Assembly: GCA_029245795.1 (NCBI GenBank)
Contig: JAQWOP010000003.1
Location: forward strand, 101,235 to 165,234
Length of the DNA stretch: 64,000 nucleotides
Reading direction: 5' to 3'
Origin: Hyphomicrobiales bacterium
Lineage (GTDB): Bacteria; Pseudomonadota; Alphaproteobacteria; Rhizobiales; TMED25
Part shown: piece by piece, positions 19,594-30,442 of the stretch
Layout: every line of letters starts with the position of its first letter
Position numbering within the stretch: the stretch's first letter is position 1
Notes under the pieces: model-generated
What the model was told of the DNA's origin: nothing
What the model saw: the letters and a program-made list of their open reading frames with translations, nothing else
Databases searched by the model: none
Position numbers and translations under genes: made by a program

Positions 19594-21028
19594 CAATAAT
19601 ACTAATTTTTCAATTTGCTGGCTTAGGCAAGATCTTCGTCTGACAGATAATCCAGCACTTTCAAAAGCTATAGAGCAAGGAAACGTTCTAGTTGTTTATA
19701 TTTATGATGATGTGAATTGTGATAAATATTCAATGATGGGTGAGGCTAGTAAGTGGTGGTTGCACCATTCACTAAAATCTTTAAATATTAGTATGGGAAA
19801 TAATCTATCAATCTTCAGAGGTGACCCTCAGTCTATATTAGGGGAGCTTTGTGAAGAACATAAAGTTGATAATATATTCTGGAATAGATGTTACGAACCT
19901 TGGAGAATTAATAGAGATATAAATATCAAAAAACATTTTCAAGAATATGGATTGAATGTTGAAACCTTTAATTCCTCTTTGCTTTGGGAACCATGGGAAG
20001 TCCATAAGGAAGACAAAACTCCATATCTTGTGTTTACTCCATTTTATAAAAGAGGTTGTATGAATGCTTCCCCTCCAAGATACCCTTTAACTAGACCTGA
20101 TATTGGAAGAGTAAAAAAATCCAATCAATCATTAAATATAGAGGAACTCAAACTATTACCAAAGGTAAAGTGGTATGAGAATTTTAAAAATATTTGGGGT
20201 GTTGGAGAAAATTCTGCACAGGAAAGGTTGCAGTCTTTCATATCAGATGGTCTTAGCAATTATAAAGAGGGTCGAAATTTTCCATCAAAAATAAACTGTT
20301 CCCGTCTATCTCCACATCTTCATTTTGGTGAAATATCACCTAATCAAATTTGGTATGAGATAGACCGTATTAATGACTCCGAATATCCAGAGAAAGATTT
20401 ATACCACTTTAAAAGTGAAATTGGCTGGAGAGAATTCTCATATAATCTTTTATACTTCAATCAACAACTTCCAAAACAAAATTTATATAAGAAGTTTGAT
20501 AATTTTCCATGGAAGTTAGAAAAAAATCATTTGGTAAGTTGGCAAAAAGGTACAACAGGGTACCCAATTGTCGACGCCGGGATGAGAGAGCTATGGCAAA
20601 CTGGATATATGCATAATAGACTTAGGATGGTTGTCGGATCTTTTCTAGTTAAGAATTTGCTTATACATTGGAATCATGGTGAAAGGTGGTTCTGGGATTG
20701 CTTGTTGGATGCGGATATGGCTAGTAATAGTGCTAGTTGGCAATGGGTGGCAGGATCAGGTGCTGACGCAGCTCCATATTTTAGAATATTTAATCCAATA
20801 ATGCAGGGACAGAAGTTTGATCCCGATGGCTTTTATACAAAAAAATATGTTCCTGAATTGAAGAATATGCCTATTAAATATTTGTTTAATCCATGGGAGG
20901 CACCAGAAGAAGTTTTAAGTGAAGCTGGAGTTATTCTTGGTGATAATTATCCTCATCCCATAGTGGATATGCAAGAGTCAAGAGACTTAGCCTTAATGGC
21001 ATTTGATAAAATTAGGATCAAGTCATAA
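19586..21028 (+). CDS. phrB: Deoxyribodipyrimidine photolyase
   Basis: Motifs WLRQDLRLTDNPAL, TGYPIVDAGMRELW.TGYMHNRLRM and DADMASNSASWQWVAGSGADAAPYFRIFNP. The start is set at the internal ATG 19586, because the 28 upstream codons of the track ORF look non-native. Confidence 0.9.
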   Translation: MNNNNTNFSICWLRQDLRLTDNPALSKAIEQGNVLVVYIYDDVNCDKYSMMGEASKWWLHHSLKSLNISMGNNLSIFRGDPQSILGELCEEHKVDNIFWNRCYEPWRINRDINIKKHFQEYGLNVETFNSSLLWEPWEVHKEDKTPYLVFTPFYKRGCMNASPPRYPLTRPDIGRVKKSNQSLNIEELKLLPKVKWYENFKNIWGVGENSAQERLQSFISDGLSNYKEGRNFPSKINCSRLSPHLHFGEISPNQIWYEIDRINDSEYPEKDLYHFKSEIGWREFSYNLLYFNQQLPKQNLYKKFDNFPWKLEKNHLVSWQKGTTGYPIVDAGMRELWQTGYMHNRLRMVVGSFLVKNLLIHWNHGERWFWDCLLDADMASNSASWQWVAGSGADAAPYFRIFNPIMQGQKFDPDGFYTKKYVPELKNMPIKYLFNPWEAPEEVLSEAGVILGDNYPHPIVDMQESRDLALMAFDKIRIKS

Positions 21029-21029
21029 A

Positions 21030-21926
21030 TTAAAATTCGAAGCTATACTCCTTGAGTTTTATTTCTAGTTCGTTTGCTTTGCTATCTGATAGTCTCTCAA
21101 GAGGTGGACGTATATTGTTCCATCTGGGATCATTATATTTTTTAGCAAGCATAGCCTTTTGTGCAGGAATAGCAGAATAATCCTGAAATAAGTATCTTAC
21201 TTCTCTTACACTTTTATGCAGATCTTCGGCTTCTTCCCAATTATTTCGATGACATAGTTCAATTACTTTCCCAATATTTGTTGGATTAATATTAGCTGTA
21301 GCTGAAATACATCCTGGTCCACCAAGTTTTATTGCATCTATTACTGGCAGTTCTGCACCTGGATAAACAATTAAATCATTTATTTTTAGTAATTCTAATG
21401 TGTTTTCCCAAACACCTGAGCTATCTTTTATTCCTGCTATGATATCTGGGAATACAGATTTAAGTCTTTGTACTAAATTTATAGATAATCCTATACCAGA
21501 AACTTGAGGGATATGATAAAGATATATTTTAAGCTCAGGAAGATTAATTTCTTGGATAAGCCTTTTATAATATTCAAAAAGCCCTTCATCAGAGACATCT
21601 TTAAAGTAGAAAGCTGGGAGTGTCATAACTCCAAGACAACCTGATTTTATTGCATGACGGGATAATTCTACAGTATCAGGGAAATTGCATAAACCTGTAC
21701 CTGGAATTAATTTATCTGCTGGTATGCCAGATTTTATAAGCCCATCTAATGCATTCATTCTCTCATTATTACTAACTGACAAGGCCTCACCAGTTGTTCC
21801 AAAAGGTGCTAACCCTGAGCAACCATCAGACAAAAGATCTTTTGCTAATTTATTATACATATCTTGATTAAGCATGAGATTATCATCGTATGGACTCAAA
21901 ATTGGTGCAATCAGTCCTTTTATCAT
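21030..21926 (-). CDS. Dihydrodipicolinate-synthase-family (class I aldolase) protein
   Basis: 298 aa. Has GTTGEALS and the Schiff-base lysine context AGIKDSSG. Not necessarily the true DapA. Confidence 0.8.
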   Translation of the reverse strand: MIKGLIAPILSPYDDNLMLNQDMYNKLAKDLLSDGCSGLAPFGTTGEALSVSNNERMNALDGLIKSGIPADKLIPGTGLCNFPDTVELSRHAIKSGCLGVMTLPAFYFKDVSDEGLFEYYKRLIQEINLPELKIYLYHIPQVSGIGLSINLVQRLKSVFPDIIAGIKDSSGVWENTLELLKINDLIVYPGAELPVIDAIKLGGPGCISATANINPTNIGKVIELCHRNNWEEAEDLHKSVREVRYLFQDYSAIPAQKAMLAKKYNDPRWNNIRPPLERLSDSKANELEIKLKEYSFEF

Positions 21927-22056
21927 TATCTTTTCCCTTATTTTATGTATAAATAATTATATCTAATTTATTAGTTAAGCTATCATAATAAACGACAAAG
22001 TAAAAATTGAATTTAATCAAATTATATTAACTTATTTTGATAAGGTTAAGAAGCAT

Positions 22057-22974
22057 ATGAAACCCAATAATGATAAAATAACACCAAAGCATTTGTACAT
22101 GAATAGACGTAAGATATTAAAAATAGGTCTGTTCCTTAGCTCTATGATTGCATTAAATAAGATCTCTTTAATACAAGCGAATGAGATTTTTGATAGGAAA
22201 ATCAATACTTTTGAAGAAATCACTAATTATAATAATTTTTATGAATTTGGTGTTGATAAAACTGATCCTGCAAAATATGCTCATAAACTTAACACTTCTC
22301 CTTGGACAGTTGAAATAGCTGGTATGGTCGAAAATCCAGGAATTTATTCCTTTGATGAAATTTATAATGAAATGGATATTGAGGAACGGATTTATAGCTT
22401 AAGGTGTGTTGAGGGCTGGTCGATGTTGATTCCATGGAACGGTTTCCAGTTATCAAATTTACTAAATAAGGTTGGTGTAAAAGATGGAGCTAAGTACGTG
22501 GGATTTGAGACTTTATTCAGGCCTGAGGAGATGCACATGCAAAAGACTAAAGTACTTCAGTGGCCATATAGTGAAGGTTTGAGAATAGATGAAGCTATGC
22601 ATCCCTTAACTTTAATGGCAACGGGTGTTTATGGCAATCCTTTGCCTAAACAAAATGGAGCACCTATAAGACTGATTGTTCCATGGAAATACGGATTCAA
22701 ATCCATAAAATCAATAGCAAAAATCACTATACAGAAAACGGAACCTAACTCTTCATGGAATATACAGAATCAAAAAGAATATGGTTTTTATTCAAACGTA
22801 AATCCGAATGTCCACCACCCAAGATGGTCGCAAGCAAGTGAGAGATATATAGGTGGAGAAGGCGAGGGGTTTTTGGGAAATCTTTTTACAAAAAGATATG
22901 ATACAAAGATTTTTAATGGGTATAAGGAAGTTGCATCTTTATATGACGGAATGGATCTTGCTAAATATTATTAA
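22057..22974 (+). CDS. msrP: Protein-methionine-sulfoxide reductase catalytic subunit MsrP (YedY)
   Basis: 305 aa. Tat-like signal NRRKILKIG. Motifs RCVEGWS and NGAPIRLIVPWKYGFKSIK. Confidence 0.9.
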   Translation: MKPNNDKITPKHLYMNRRKILKIGLFLSSMIALNKISLIQANEIFDRKINTFEEITNYNNFYEFGVDKTDPAKYAHKLNTSPWTVEIAGMVENPGIYSFDEIYNEMDIEERIYSLRCVEGWSMLIPWNGFQLSNLLNKVGVKDGAKYVGFETLFRPEEMHMQKTKVLQWPYSEGLRIDEAMHPLTLMATGVYGNPLPKQNGAPIRLIVPWKYGFKSIKSIAKITIQKTEPNSSWNIQNQKEYGFYSNVNPNVHHPRWSQASERYIGGEGEGFLGNLFTKRYDTKIFNGYKEVASLYDGMDLAKYY

Positions 22975-23021
22975 ATTTAAAAAAAATAAGAATTATTAGT
23001 ATTTTCATAGGTATTTGAAGA

Positions 23022-23645
23022 GTGTTAGAAATCAATAAAATTCACATCTTTATTAGCAATAAAATAAGAAAAGTCAAACTTAGATATCTATATTTATTTC
23101 TAACTTTACCTGCTATTTTACTAATAGTTGAATTACTATTCGGAAAATTGGGTGTTGACCCAATGAGGGAGATTGAAAAAGAGCTTGGTGAAACTGCATT
23201 AAAGCTATTGATAGTTACACTATCACTGTCCCCAATATCCAAGCTTACATCAATAAATTTTATAAGATTTCGTCGTTCTATTGGTTTGATGAGTTTTTTT
23301 TATATTTGTCTTCATTTTCTAACTTGGTTAATACTTGATATGCAGCTCAGATGGGATGAGGTAATTATTTCAATTACAAAAAAACCATTTATTTTGCTAG
23401 GTATGATAAGTTTTATATTACTTATTCCATTGGCAATCACGTCTAATAATTATTTTATGATGAAACTTGGTAATGCTTGGTCAAAATTACATCGCATAGT
23501 TTATCTTGCTATTTTTTTTGCTGGTATACATTTTTTAATGATGGCAAAAACAATAGAATTAAATGCAGTTATATATTTTTTAATTATTCTTTTATTATTA
23601 AGTTTAAGGTTAGTGAAATTAAAAAAAATTAGAGGGTTAAAATAA
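23022..23645 (+). CDS. msrQ: MsrQ (YedZ) heme-binding membrane subunit
   Basis: 207 aa with a GTG start and multiple TMs with conserved His (CLHFLTW, GIHFL). Sits directly after msrP. Confidence 0.8.
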   Translation: MLEINKIHIFISNKIRKVKLRYLYLFLTLPAILLIVELLFGKLGVDPMREIEKELGETALKLLIVTLSLSPISKLTSINFIRFRRSIGLMSFFYICLHFLTWLILDMQLRWDEVIISITKKPFILLGMISFILLIPLAITSNNYFMMKLGNAWSKLHRIVYLAIFFAGIHFLMMAKTIELNAVIYFLIILLLLSLRLVKLKKIRGLK

Positions 23646-24256
23646 TGTTAAGTCCTATACTTACAGGTTTTATGCTTTGTTTCTCTTTAAACTGTGTTGT
23701 AGGAGCTCAAAACACATATTTATTTCGTCAAGGCATGAGGAATGAGTATGTTTATACCCTAGCAATTTTTTGTATTTTATCAGATCTCTTATTGATAACT
23801 ATTGGTGTATATGGCATGTCATTAATAGTTAATCAGTTTTATATAGACGTTTTTTTGTTACTCTCCGCAGCTTGTTTATTTGTATATGGTTTTATTAGAA
23901 TAAAAAATATAGTTGGATTGTCATATAACTTAAATGAAAAAGTTTATATGCAAAAAAATCTAAGAAAAAGTATGTTGACAATGATTGCATTCACTTTATT
24001 GAATCCACATGTTTATCTGGACACTATTATTTTAATTGGGAGTGCTTCTTTGCAATATAATGATAATGAAAAATTATATTATATACTTGGTGCAACTTTT
24101 GCTAGTGTGATATTTTTTTATGGTGTTGCTGCTATATCAAAGCTCTTTTCATCTTTCTCAAAGAATATTATCTTATTAAAAATCATTGATTTTATTATGG
24201 GAATTATTCTATTCATAATTGCTATTATGATGTTGAAGGCTTCAAGTTTCATATAA
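23645..24256 (+). CDS. LysE/ArgO-family amino-acid exporter
   Basis: 203 aa, six-TM pattern, with the N-terminal GAQNTYLFRQG motif typical of ArgO/LysE. Confidence 0.8.
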   Translation: MLSPILTGFMLCFSLNCVVGAQNTYLFRQGMRNEYVYTLAIFCILSDLLLITIGVYGMSLIVNQFYIDVFLLLSAACLFVYGFIRIKNIVGLSYNLNEKVYMQKNLRKSMLTMIAFTLLNPHVYLDTIILIGSASLQYNDNEKLYYILGATFASVIFFYGVAAISKLFSSFSKNIILLKIIDFIMGIILFIIAIMMLKASSFI

Positions 24257-24317
24257 CTAACACATTTGGTATAAATTGTTTTGATGTAATTCCATATCTA
24301 TTATAAAATACAATAAT

Positions 24318-25472
24318 ATGTTTAAAAGATTAGAAAATTGTTATAATACAAATGATTTTAGGTCATTAGCAAAACAAAACCTTCCATCTCCAATATTTCA
24401 CTATATTGATGGAGCTGCTGATGATGAAAAAACTTATTATCATAATACGCATTCATTCGATAAATGTGATCTTGTTCCAAATGTTTTAAATCCAGTAAAG
24501 AATATTGATATCTCTGTTGAAATACTTGGTAAAAAAATTGATTTACCGATATTCCTATCACCAACTGCACTTCAAAGGTTATTTCATTACGATGGCGAAA
24601 GAGCTGTGGGAGAGGCTGCTGAAGAATTTAATACTTATTTTGGGATATCATCACTTGCTACAGTTGGAATTGAGGAAATAGGAAAGAAATTCAATTGTCC
24701 AAAAATGTTCCAATTGTATGTGCACAAAGATAAATCATTGAATAATGATATGTTACAAAAATGTATAGAATATAACTTTGATTCTTTGGCTATTACTGTT
24801 GACACAATTGTTGGGGGTAATAGAGAAAGAGATCTGAGGACAGGGTTTACTTCTCCCCCAAGACTTACAATGTCAAGCCTGCTTAGTTTTGCTTTATCAC
24901 CAAGATGGAGTATGAATTATCTAGCTAGAGAAAAATTTTCATTACCACAACTAGACTCACATCTAAGCGAAGGGACTAAAATAGCAATGTCAGTTGGAGA
25001 TTATTTTACTAAAATGTTGGATCAGGAGCTAAGCTGGAAAAAAATAGAAGATATTAAGAAAAATTGGTCAAAACCGTTGTGTCTTAAGGGTATTATGTCG
25101 GTTGATGATGCCAAGAAAGCAATTGATGTAGGTGCAAGTGCAATAATGATTTCAAATCACGGAGGAAGACAGTTGGATGGATCAAGATCTCCATTTGATC
25201 AACTTGAGGAAATAGTAGATGCGGTATCCGGTCAAATTGAAATTATTTGTGATGGTGGGATAAGAAGAGGAACTCATGTGTTAAAGGCACTTTCACTGGG
25301 TGCAAACGCATGCTCAGGTGGAAGATTTTATCTTTACTCACTTGCAGGAGCTGGATCTTCTGGTGTAAAAAGAGCGTTACGAATGATGAATGATGAGATA
25401 GTTCGTGATATGAAACTAATGGGATGCAATTCAATTTCAGAATTAAGTAAAAAAAATATAAGATACAAATGA
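24318..25472 (+). CDS. lldD: FMN-dependent alpha-hydroxy-acid dehydrogenase (L-lactate dehydrogenase-like), native composition
   Basis: 384 aa. Canonical motifs FQLYVHKD, TVDTIVGGNRERD, SNHGGRQLDG, CDGGIRRGTHVLKALSLGA. Confidence 0.88.
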   Translation: MFKRLENCYNTNDFRSLAKQNLPSPIFHYIDGAADDEKTYYHNTHSFDKCDLVPNVLNPVKNIDISVEILGKKIDLPIFLSPTALQRLFHYDGERAVGEAAEEFNTYFGISSLATVGIEEIGKKFNCPKMFQLYVHKDKSLNNDMLQKCIEYNFDSLAITVDTIVGGNRERDLRTGFTSPPRLTMSSLLSFALSPRWSMNYLAREKFSLPQLDSHLSEGTKIAMSVGDYFTKMLDQELSWKKIEDIKKNWSKPLCLKGIMSVDDAKKAIDVGASAIMISNHGGRQLDGSRSPFDQLEEIVDAVSGQIEIICDGGIRRGTHVLKALSLGANACSGGRFYLYSLAGAGSSGVKRALRMMNDEIVRDMKLMGCNSISELSKKNIRYK

Positions 25473-25482
25473 GGCTATAAAT

Positions 25483-26397
25483 ATGAATAAAAATATTGTT
25501 GCTTCTTTTTATAAGTTTTCACCTTGGGATAGTTATTCGGAGTATAAAGATGGGCTATCTGATGTTTGTGAAAGAGAAAATATACTCGGAACAATATTAA
25601 TTGCAAAAGAAGGTATAAATGGAACTGTATCTGGAGAAAAGGAGTCTATTAAAAATTTAATAGATTATATTTCTTCAATTGAGCAGTTCAAGGATTTGGT
25701 GCCTAAATTCTCCCTTGCCTATGGTCGGACATTTAGAAAAATGAGAGTTCGACTAAAGAAAGAGATAGTCTCAATGGGTGTATCAGAAGTTATACCCCAT
25801 CACATTACAGGAAATGCTTTAAGCTCTGCTGAGTGGGATAAATTATTGGAGGAGGATGACGTTGTCGTTGTGGATACCAGGAATAAATATGAGCATTCTA
25901 TTGGTTCTTTTGAAGGCGCCACATTTCCAAATACTGACTCATTTAGAGAATTTCCTAATTGGGCTGACAAACATCTGGGAAAAAATAAAGATAAAAAAAT
26001 AGCTATGTATTGTACGGGAGGAATTAGATGTGAGAAAGCGTCATCATATCTCCTAAACAAAGGTTTCAAGAATGTATATCAACTAGATGGAGGGATATTA
26101 AAGTATCTTGAAGATAGAGTTGAGAAGGATAGTAAATGGGAAGGTGAATGTTTTGTTTTCGATTATCGAGTATCACTTGAACATAAACTTGAAAAAGGTT
26201 CACATGATATGTGTCATGCATGTAGGATGCCAATATCAGAATCTGATAAAGAAAGTGAATATTTTACTCAGGACATATCATGCCCTCATTGTTATAACAA
26301 TCAAAATGAAAAAAGTATTAAAAGATTCAAGGAACGCAGACTACAAATGAATCTTCAAAAAGAGAGAAATAAAGTTGAGCAAAGAAAGATTCCCTAG
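25483..26397 (+). CDS. trhO: Rhodanese-domain tRNA U34 hydroxylase TrhO (YceA/UPF0176)
   Basis: 304 aa. Has the N-terminal ASFYKF motif, the rhodanese loop YCTGGIRCEKA, and a C-terminal Cys cluster. Confidence 0.85.
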   Translation: MNKNIVASFYKFSPWDSYSEYKDGLSDVCERENILGTILIAKEGINGTVSGEKESIKNLIDYISSIEQFKDLVPKFSLAYGRTFRKMRVRLKKEIVSMGVSEVIPHHITGNALSSAEWDKLLEEDDVVVVDTRNKYEHSIGSFEGATFPNTDSFREFPNWADKHLGKNKDKKIAMYCTGGIRCEKASSYLLNKGFKNVYQLDGGILKYLEDRVEKDSKWEGECFVFDYRVSLEHKLEKGSHDMCHACRMPISESDKESEYFTQDISCPHCYNNQNEKSIKRFKERRLQMNLQKERNKVEQRKIP

Positions 26398-27043
26398 AGA
26401 TCTTATTTTATATTCCTTTAGAAGATGTCCATATGCAATGCGGACAAGATTAGCAATTTATTATTCAAAAAATTCTTGTGAAATCAGAGAGATATCACTG
26501 AAAAATAAACCATCAGAATTTATTGCATTATCTCCAAAAGCTACAGTTCCTGTTCTCCAAATTGGAAATGAACTTGTCATTGAGGAAAGTATGGAAATTA
26601 TTAAATGGTTTTTGTCTAAAAATGATCCTTTTCAACTTATGTTGCCTTATGAAAAAGAAAATGTAGATGAAGTCATTTCTCTAATTGATAAAGAATTCAA
26701 ATATCATTTAGATAGGTATAAATATTCAACAAGATATGATCCATCAAAAAAATATGAACATCGACTTGAGGCAATTAAAAAACTTGAATATATTGAAAAT
26801 AAGATTTCAAATACGGGGTATATCTTTGGGAATCAAATATCTATATATGAAGTTTGTATTTTACCATTTATAAGGCAGTTTAGAATAGCTGATATAAAAT
26901 GGTTTGATGAAGAATTTCAATGTGTTAAATTAAAGAAGATTCTTTATGATTTTATTGAATCACAGGCATTTAAAGTCACTATGAAAAAATATAACGAATG
27001 GGATTCAAAAAAGGATAATGTTCAATATTTTCCTACAATATAA
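26375..27043 (+). CDS. Glutathione S-transferase-like / glutaredoxin-2-like protein
   Basis: 222 aa with a TTG start overlapping trhO by 23 nt. Thioredoxin-like N-terminal domain with RRCPYAMRTR and ATVPVL. Confidence 0.7.
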   Translation: MSKERFPRDLILYSFRRCPYAMRTRLAIYYSKNSCEIREISLKNKPSEFIALSPKATVPVLQIGNELVIEESMEIIKWFLSKNDPFQLMLPYEKENVDEVISLIDKEFKYHLDRYKYSTRYDPSKKYEHRLEAIKKLEYIENKISNTGYIFGNQISIYEVCILPFIRQFRIADIKWFDEEFQCVKLKKILYDFIESQAFKVTMKKYNEWDSKKDNVQYFPTI

Positions 27044-27115
27044 TTAATTTTGATTGGAAAATTAGTAAAAACTAGATATAAATGACTCACTTAACATCTG
27101 AGGAAGAATAAAAAA

Positions 27116-27760
27116 ATGTCAAATTTGTTTAATGAAATAGACGAAGATCTTCGACAGGAAAAACTAAAAGGTATATGGAGTAAATATAGAAATAGTATTT
27201 TTTCCTCAATTATAATAGTTGCATTAATTCTAATTTCTTCCGAGTCATATAAATATTTAACAAATTCAAAAATAGAAAAATCCGGTGTTATTTTTTCCCA
27301 AATAATTGAGAATATTCTTCAAGATAATACAGAAGACGCTGCAATTAATATAAATAATCTTTTAAATGATGGGACAAAAGAATATAGAAATTATGCTATG
27401 ATTATGAAGGCTGATCTTTTGATTTCTGAGAATAACCTTATTAGTGCTGAGGCACTCTATAATGAGATTATTGATTCTACAAAGGGTCTTTTAAGAGATT
27501 TGGCAAAACTGAAATTAGCATATATTAAAGTAGATGATTCTTCTTATGCAGAAATTGAGTTAATGCTTTCCCAACTTCTGGTTGAGGATAATATATTATA
27601 CTTGTTTGCAAAAGAAGTTCTTGCTCTCAGTGCTTATAAAGAAGGTCTCTATGATCAGGGCATTAATCACGCCGAAGAGATTATGAAAAATGAAAGAACT
27701 ACTACTGGGATGTTCGATAGGGCTAATATGATGCTGAAAGTTTTTAACTCGAAGATATAA
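27116..27760 (+). CDS. YfgM-like membrane-anchored TPR protein
   Basis: 214 aa with an N-terminal TM and a helical repeat region. It occupies the conserved position upstream of bamB-der. Confidence 0.6.
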   Translation: MSNLFNEIDEDLRQEKLKGIWSKYRNSIFSSIIIVALILISSESYKYLTNSKIEKSGVIFSQIIENILQDNTEDAAININNLLNDGTKEYRNYAMIMKADLLISENNLISAEALYNEIIDSTKGLLRDLAKLKLAYIKVDDSSYAEIELMLSQLLVEDNILYLFAKEVLALSAYKEGLYDQGINHAEEIMKNERTTTGMFDRANMMLKVFNSKI

Positions 27761-27775
27761 ACCTGAAATAAGATA

Positions 27776-29098
27776 GTGCTTACTAAATATAAATTAATCT
27801 TAAATATTTTTCTTTTTTTCTTTTTAAGTACTCAATTACTATCTTGTGAAAATTTTATAAAAGGTAAGGAATATTTACTTCCTGGAGAGCGTCAAAAAGT
27901 TTTGTTGGGCAATACACAATTTATAGATTCTAATAAAAATCAAAATCTAAATATATCTCCCTCGATAAAGAATAAGCGATGGAATTCATCAGGTGGCGGA
28001 GGAGTAAATAATAGCGGAAATTTAATATATACTGAGATGTATAGCAAAGATTGGGAAGCGGAAGTTGGTATTGGAAGTGGAGTTCAAAATTATTTATTAA
28101 TTGATCCTATATTAATCGGTGGCTATGTATATACTGTAGACTCTTCAAATAATATATCTGCAATTGAGGCCTCAAGTGGTAGCATCCTATGGAAAAAAGG
28201 TTTCTATCCTGCTTCAGAAGATCCTAAAGAAGGATTTGGAGGAGGGCTTGTTGCTGAATCTGGTATAATATTTTTTGCTAACGGCTTTGGAGAAATCTAT
28301 GCAATAGACCCTTTTAATGGAAGTGTGATATGGAAGATAGATATTGGTTTGCCAATTAGGTCAGCACCAATTGCTGATACTAAATTAGTATATGTTCTTA
28401 GTGTTGATAATACTATCCATGCTTTTGATATTATCTCTAGTGAGAAAACTTGGGAGTATGAATGGTTCTCTGAAACAGCTGGCTTTATTCAAACTAGTGA
28501 TATGGCTATATATAAGAATTTTCTTGTTGTCCCATATAGATCTGGTGAAGTTTTTGTTTTTGAAGCATATAATGGAAGAAGATTATGGGCTGACACAGTT
28601 AATAGAAAAAATATAACAAACTCTCTATCTCAAATAAAAGATATACTTGCGAATCCTATCTTACATAATGAAATACTTGTTACTATGGGTTTTCAAGGGC
28701 GAATTATTGCTAATAATATTAATAATGGTTTTCGTCTTTGGGAATTGCCAATATCTGGAGATATAACTCCAGTAGCTGTTGATGATTTTCTATTTGTTTT
28801 ATCTCAAGATAAGATCTTATATGCAATAAATATAAATACTGGAGAAATATTATGGTCTTCAGATATTTCTAAAAAGTACGATTTAGATTCTGAGGATCGA
28901 TTCATAAGTAATCTTTTGCTTAATAATGTTTTGCATATATTTACATCTATTGGTGATATTATTAAAATTGATGCTATAGATGGATCTTTAATTGAAGTTT
29001 TAAATAACCAATTAGAAGATTTGTCAATTCCACCCATTGTTGTTAATAAGAAATTATATGTTATATCTAATAATGGTAATCTAATATCTTATAGATGA
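27776..29098 (+). CDS. bamB: Outer-membrane assembly lipoprotein BamB (PQQ-like beta-propeller)
   Basis: 440 aa with a GTG start, the lipobox LLSC, and repeated propeller blades (IWK.., LW..). Confidence 0.8.
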   Translation: MLTKYKLILNIFLFFFLSTQLLSCENFIKGKEYLLPGERQKVLLGNTQFIDSNKNQNLNISPSIKNKRWNSSGGGGVNNSGNLIYTEMYSKDWEAEVGIGSGVQNYLLIDPILIGGYVYTVDSSNNISAIEASSGSILWKKGFYPASEDPKEGFGGGLVAESGIIFFANGFGEIYAIDPFNGSVIWKIDIGLPIRSAPIADTKLVYVLSVDNTIHAFDIISSEKTWEYEWFSETAGFIQTSDMAIYKNFLVVPYRSGEVFVFEAYNGRRLWADTVNRKNITNSLSQIKDILANPILHNEILVTMGFQGRIIANNINNGFRLWELPISGDITPVAVDDFLFVLSQDKILYAININTGEILWSSDISKKYDLDSEDRFISNLLLNNVLHIFTSIGDIIKIDAIDGSLIEVLNNQLEDLSIPPIVVNKKLYVISNNGNLISYR

Positions 29099-29108
29099 AT
29101 AAAAAACT

Positions 29109-30437
29109 ATGACTCCAAGAATTGTTCTAGCTGGAAGGCCTAATGTAGGTAAATCGACCTTATTTAATAGGCTGTATGGTAAGAAAAAAGCATTAGTCTC
29201 AGATATCTCTGGCTTAACAAGGGATTTTAGAGAAGAATTGATCCACTATAATGGATTGGAATTTCTTTTAATAGATACTGCTGGAGTATATGAAGCAAAG
29301 GCAGATGAATTATCACGATCTGTTGAGTCTAATGCGCTTAAAGTTATAACATCATCTGACCTTTGTTTATTAGTTGTTGATGGAAGAATTGGTATCACAT
29401 CAAAAGATATAGAGTTTTCAACTTATCTTAGAAAATCAGGCATAAATACAATAACAATTGTAAATAAAAGCGAAAGCGGTATTGCCCGAAAAAATATATT
29501 TGAATTTTATGAGTTAGGTTTTGGAGAACCAATTCCAATTTCTGCTGAACATAATATTGGTATTCTTGATTTAATCGAAAAAATAAAAGAATATGTGCCA
29601 AAATCAGTCAGTATAGAAAATCAAATTGATGAAATAATGAAGTTAGCAATTATTGGAAAGCCTAATGTCGGTAAATCAACTTTATTAAATTCTCTATTTG
29701 GTGAAAAAAGAATGTTAACTGGTGATTATGCCGGAACTACTAGAGATTCTATTGAAATTAATTGGGAATGGAATGGACAAAAAATAACACTTATCGATAC
29801 AGCAGGTCTTCGCAGGAAGAGTAGGGTTAATCAATTAGTTGAAAAATTAACTTACGCAGATTCAATTAAAACGATAAAATTTGCAGATGTTATTATATTG
29901 CTTATTGATGCGGTAAATTTTATTGATAAACAAGATATGAGATTAGCTGATTATGTTATTTCTGAAGGAAGGGCTTTGCTTATTGTGATAAATAAATTTG
30001 ACCTTATAAAAGATAAAAGAGAGTTCAATCGCAGATTAAATAATATGATCTCAACAAATCTACCACAACTAAATGGAGATAATGTATTGAAGATTTCATC
30101 TATAAATCGATCTGGTATCAAGAAGATGATGAATAGAGTGGTGGAGTTACAAGGTGAATGGACACAAAGAATATCAACTGCAAAACTTAATAGTTGGTTG
30201 CGTGAGATCATACATAAACATCAACCACCGGCAAAATCAGGACGTAGAATTAAATTAAGATATATCACTCAGGCATCTGTTAAACCTCCAACTTTTGTTA
30301 TTTTTTCATCTTATCCAGAGGCATTACCAAACTCATATAAAAAGTATTTGATAAATGAATTGAGAGGTTCATTCGATTATTCTACAACACCTATTCGATT
30401 GTACTTTAGGAAGGGAGATAATCCGTATAGTAAATAA
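29109..30437 (+). CDS. der: Ribosome-associated GTPase Der/EngA
   Basis: 442 aa. Two G domains (GRPNVGKST, GKPNVGKST, DTAG x2) and a KH-like C-terminus. Confidence 0.95.
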   Translation: MTPRIVLAGRPNVGKSTLFNRLYGKKKALVSDISGLTRDFREELIHYNGLEFLLIDTAGVYEAKADELSRSVESNALKVITSSDLCLLVVDGRIGITSKDIEFSTYLRKSGINTITIVNKSESGIARKNIFEFYELGFGEPIPISAEHNIGILDLIEKIKEYVPKSVSIENQIDEIMKLAIIGKPNVGKSTLLNSLFGEKRMLTGDYAGTTRDSIEINWEWNGQKITLIDTAGLRRKSRVNQLVEKLTYADSIKTIKFADVIILLIDAVNFIDKQDMRLADYVISEGRALLIVINKFDLIKDKREFNRRLNNMISTNLPQLNGDNVLKISSINRSGIKKMMNRVVELQGEWTQRISTAKLNSWLREIIHKHQPPAKSGRRIKLRYITQASVKPPTFVIFSSYPEALPNSYKKYLINELRGSFDYSTTPIRLYFRKGDNPYSK

Positions 30438-30442
30438 TTAGT

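Noticed and set aside
26108-26350. An 80-aa ORF in an alternative frame inside trhO
   Set aside because: It is embedded in the well-supported TrhO frame, which has a Cys-rich C-terminus, and shows no independent signals.
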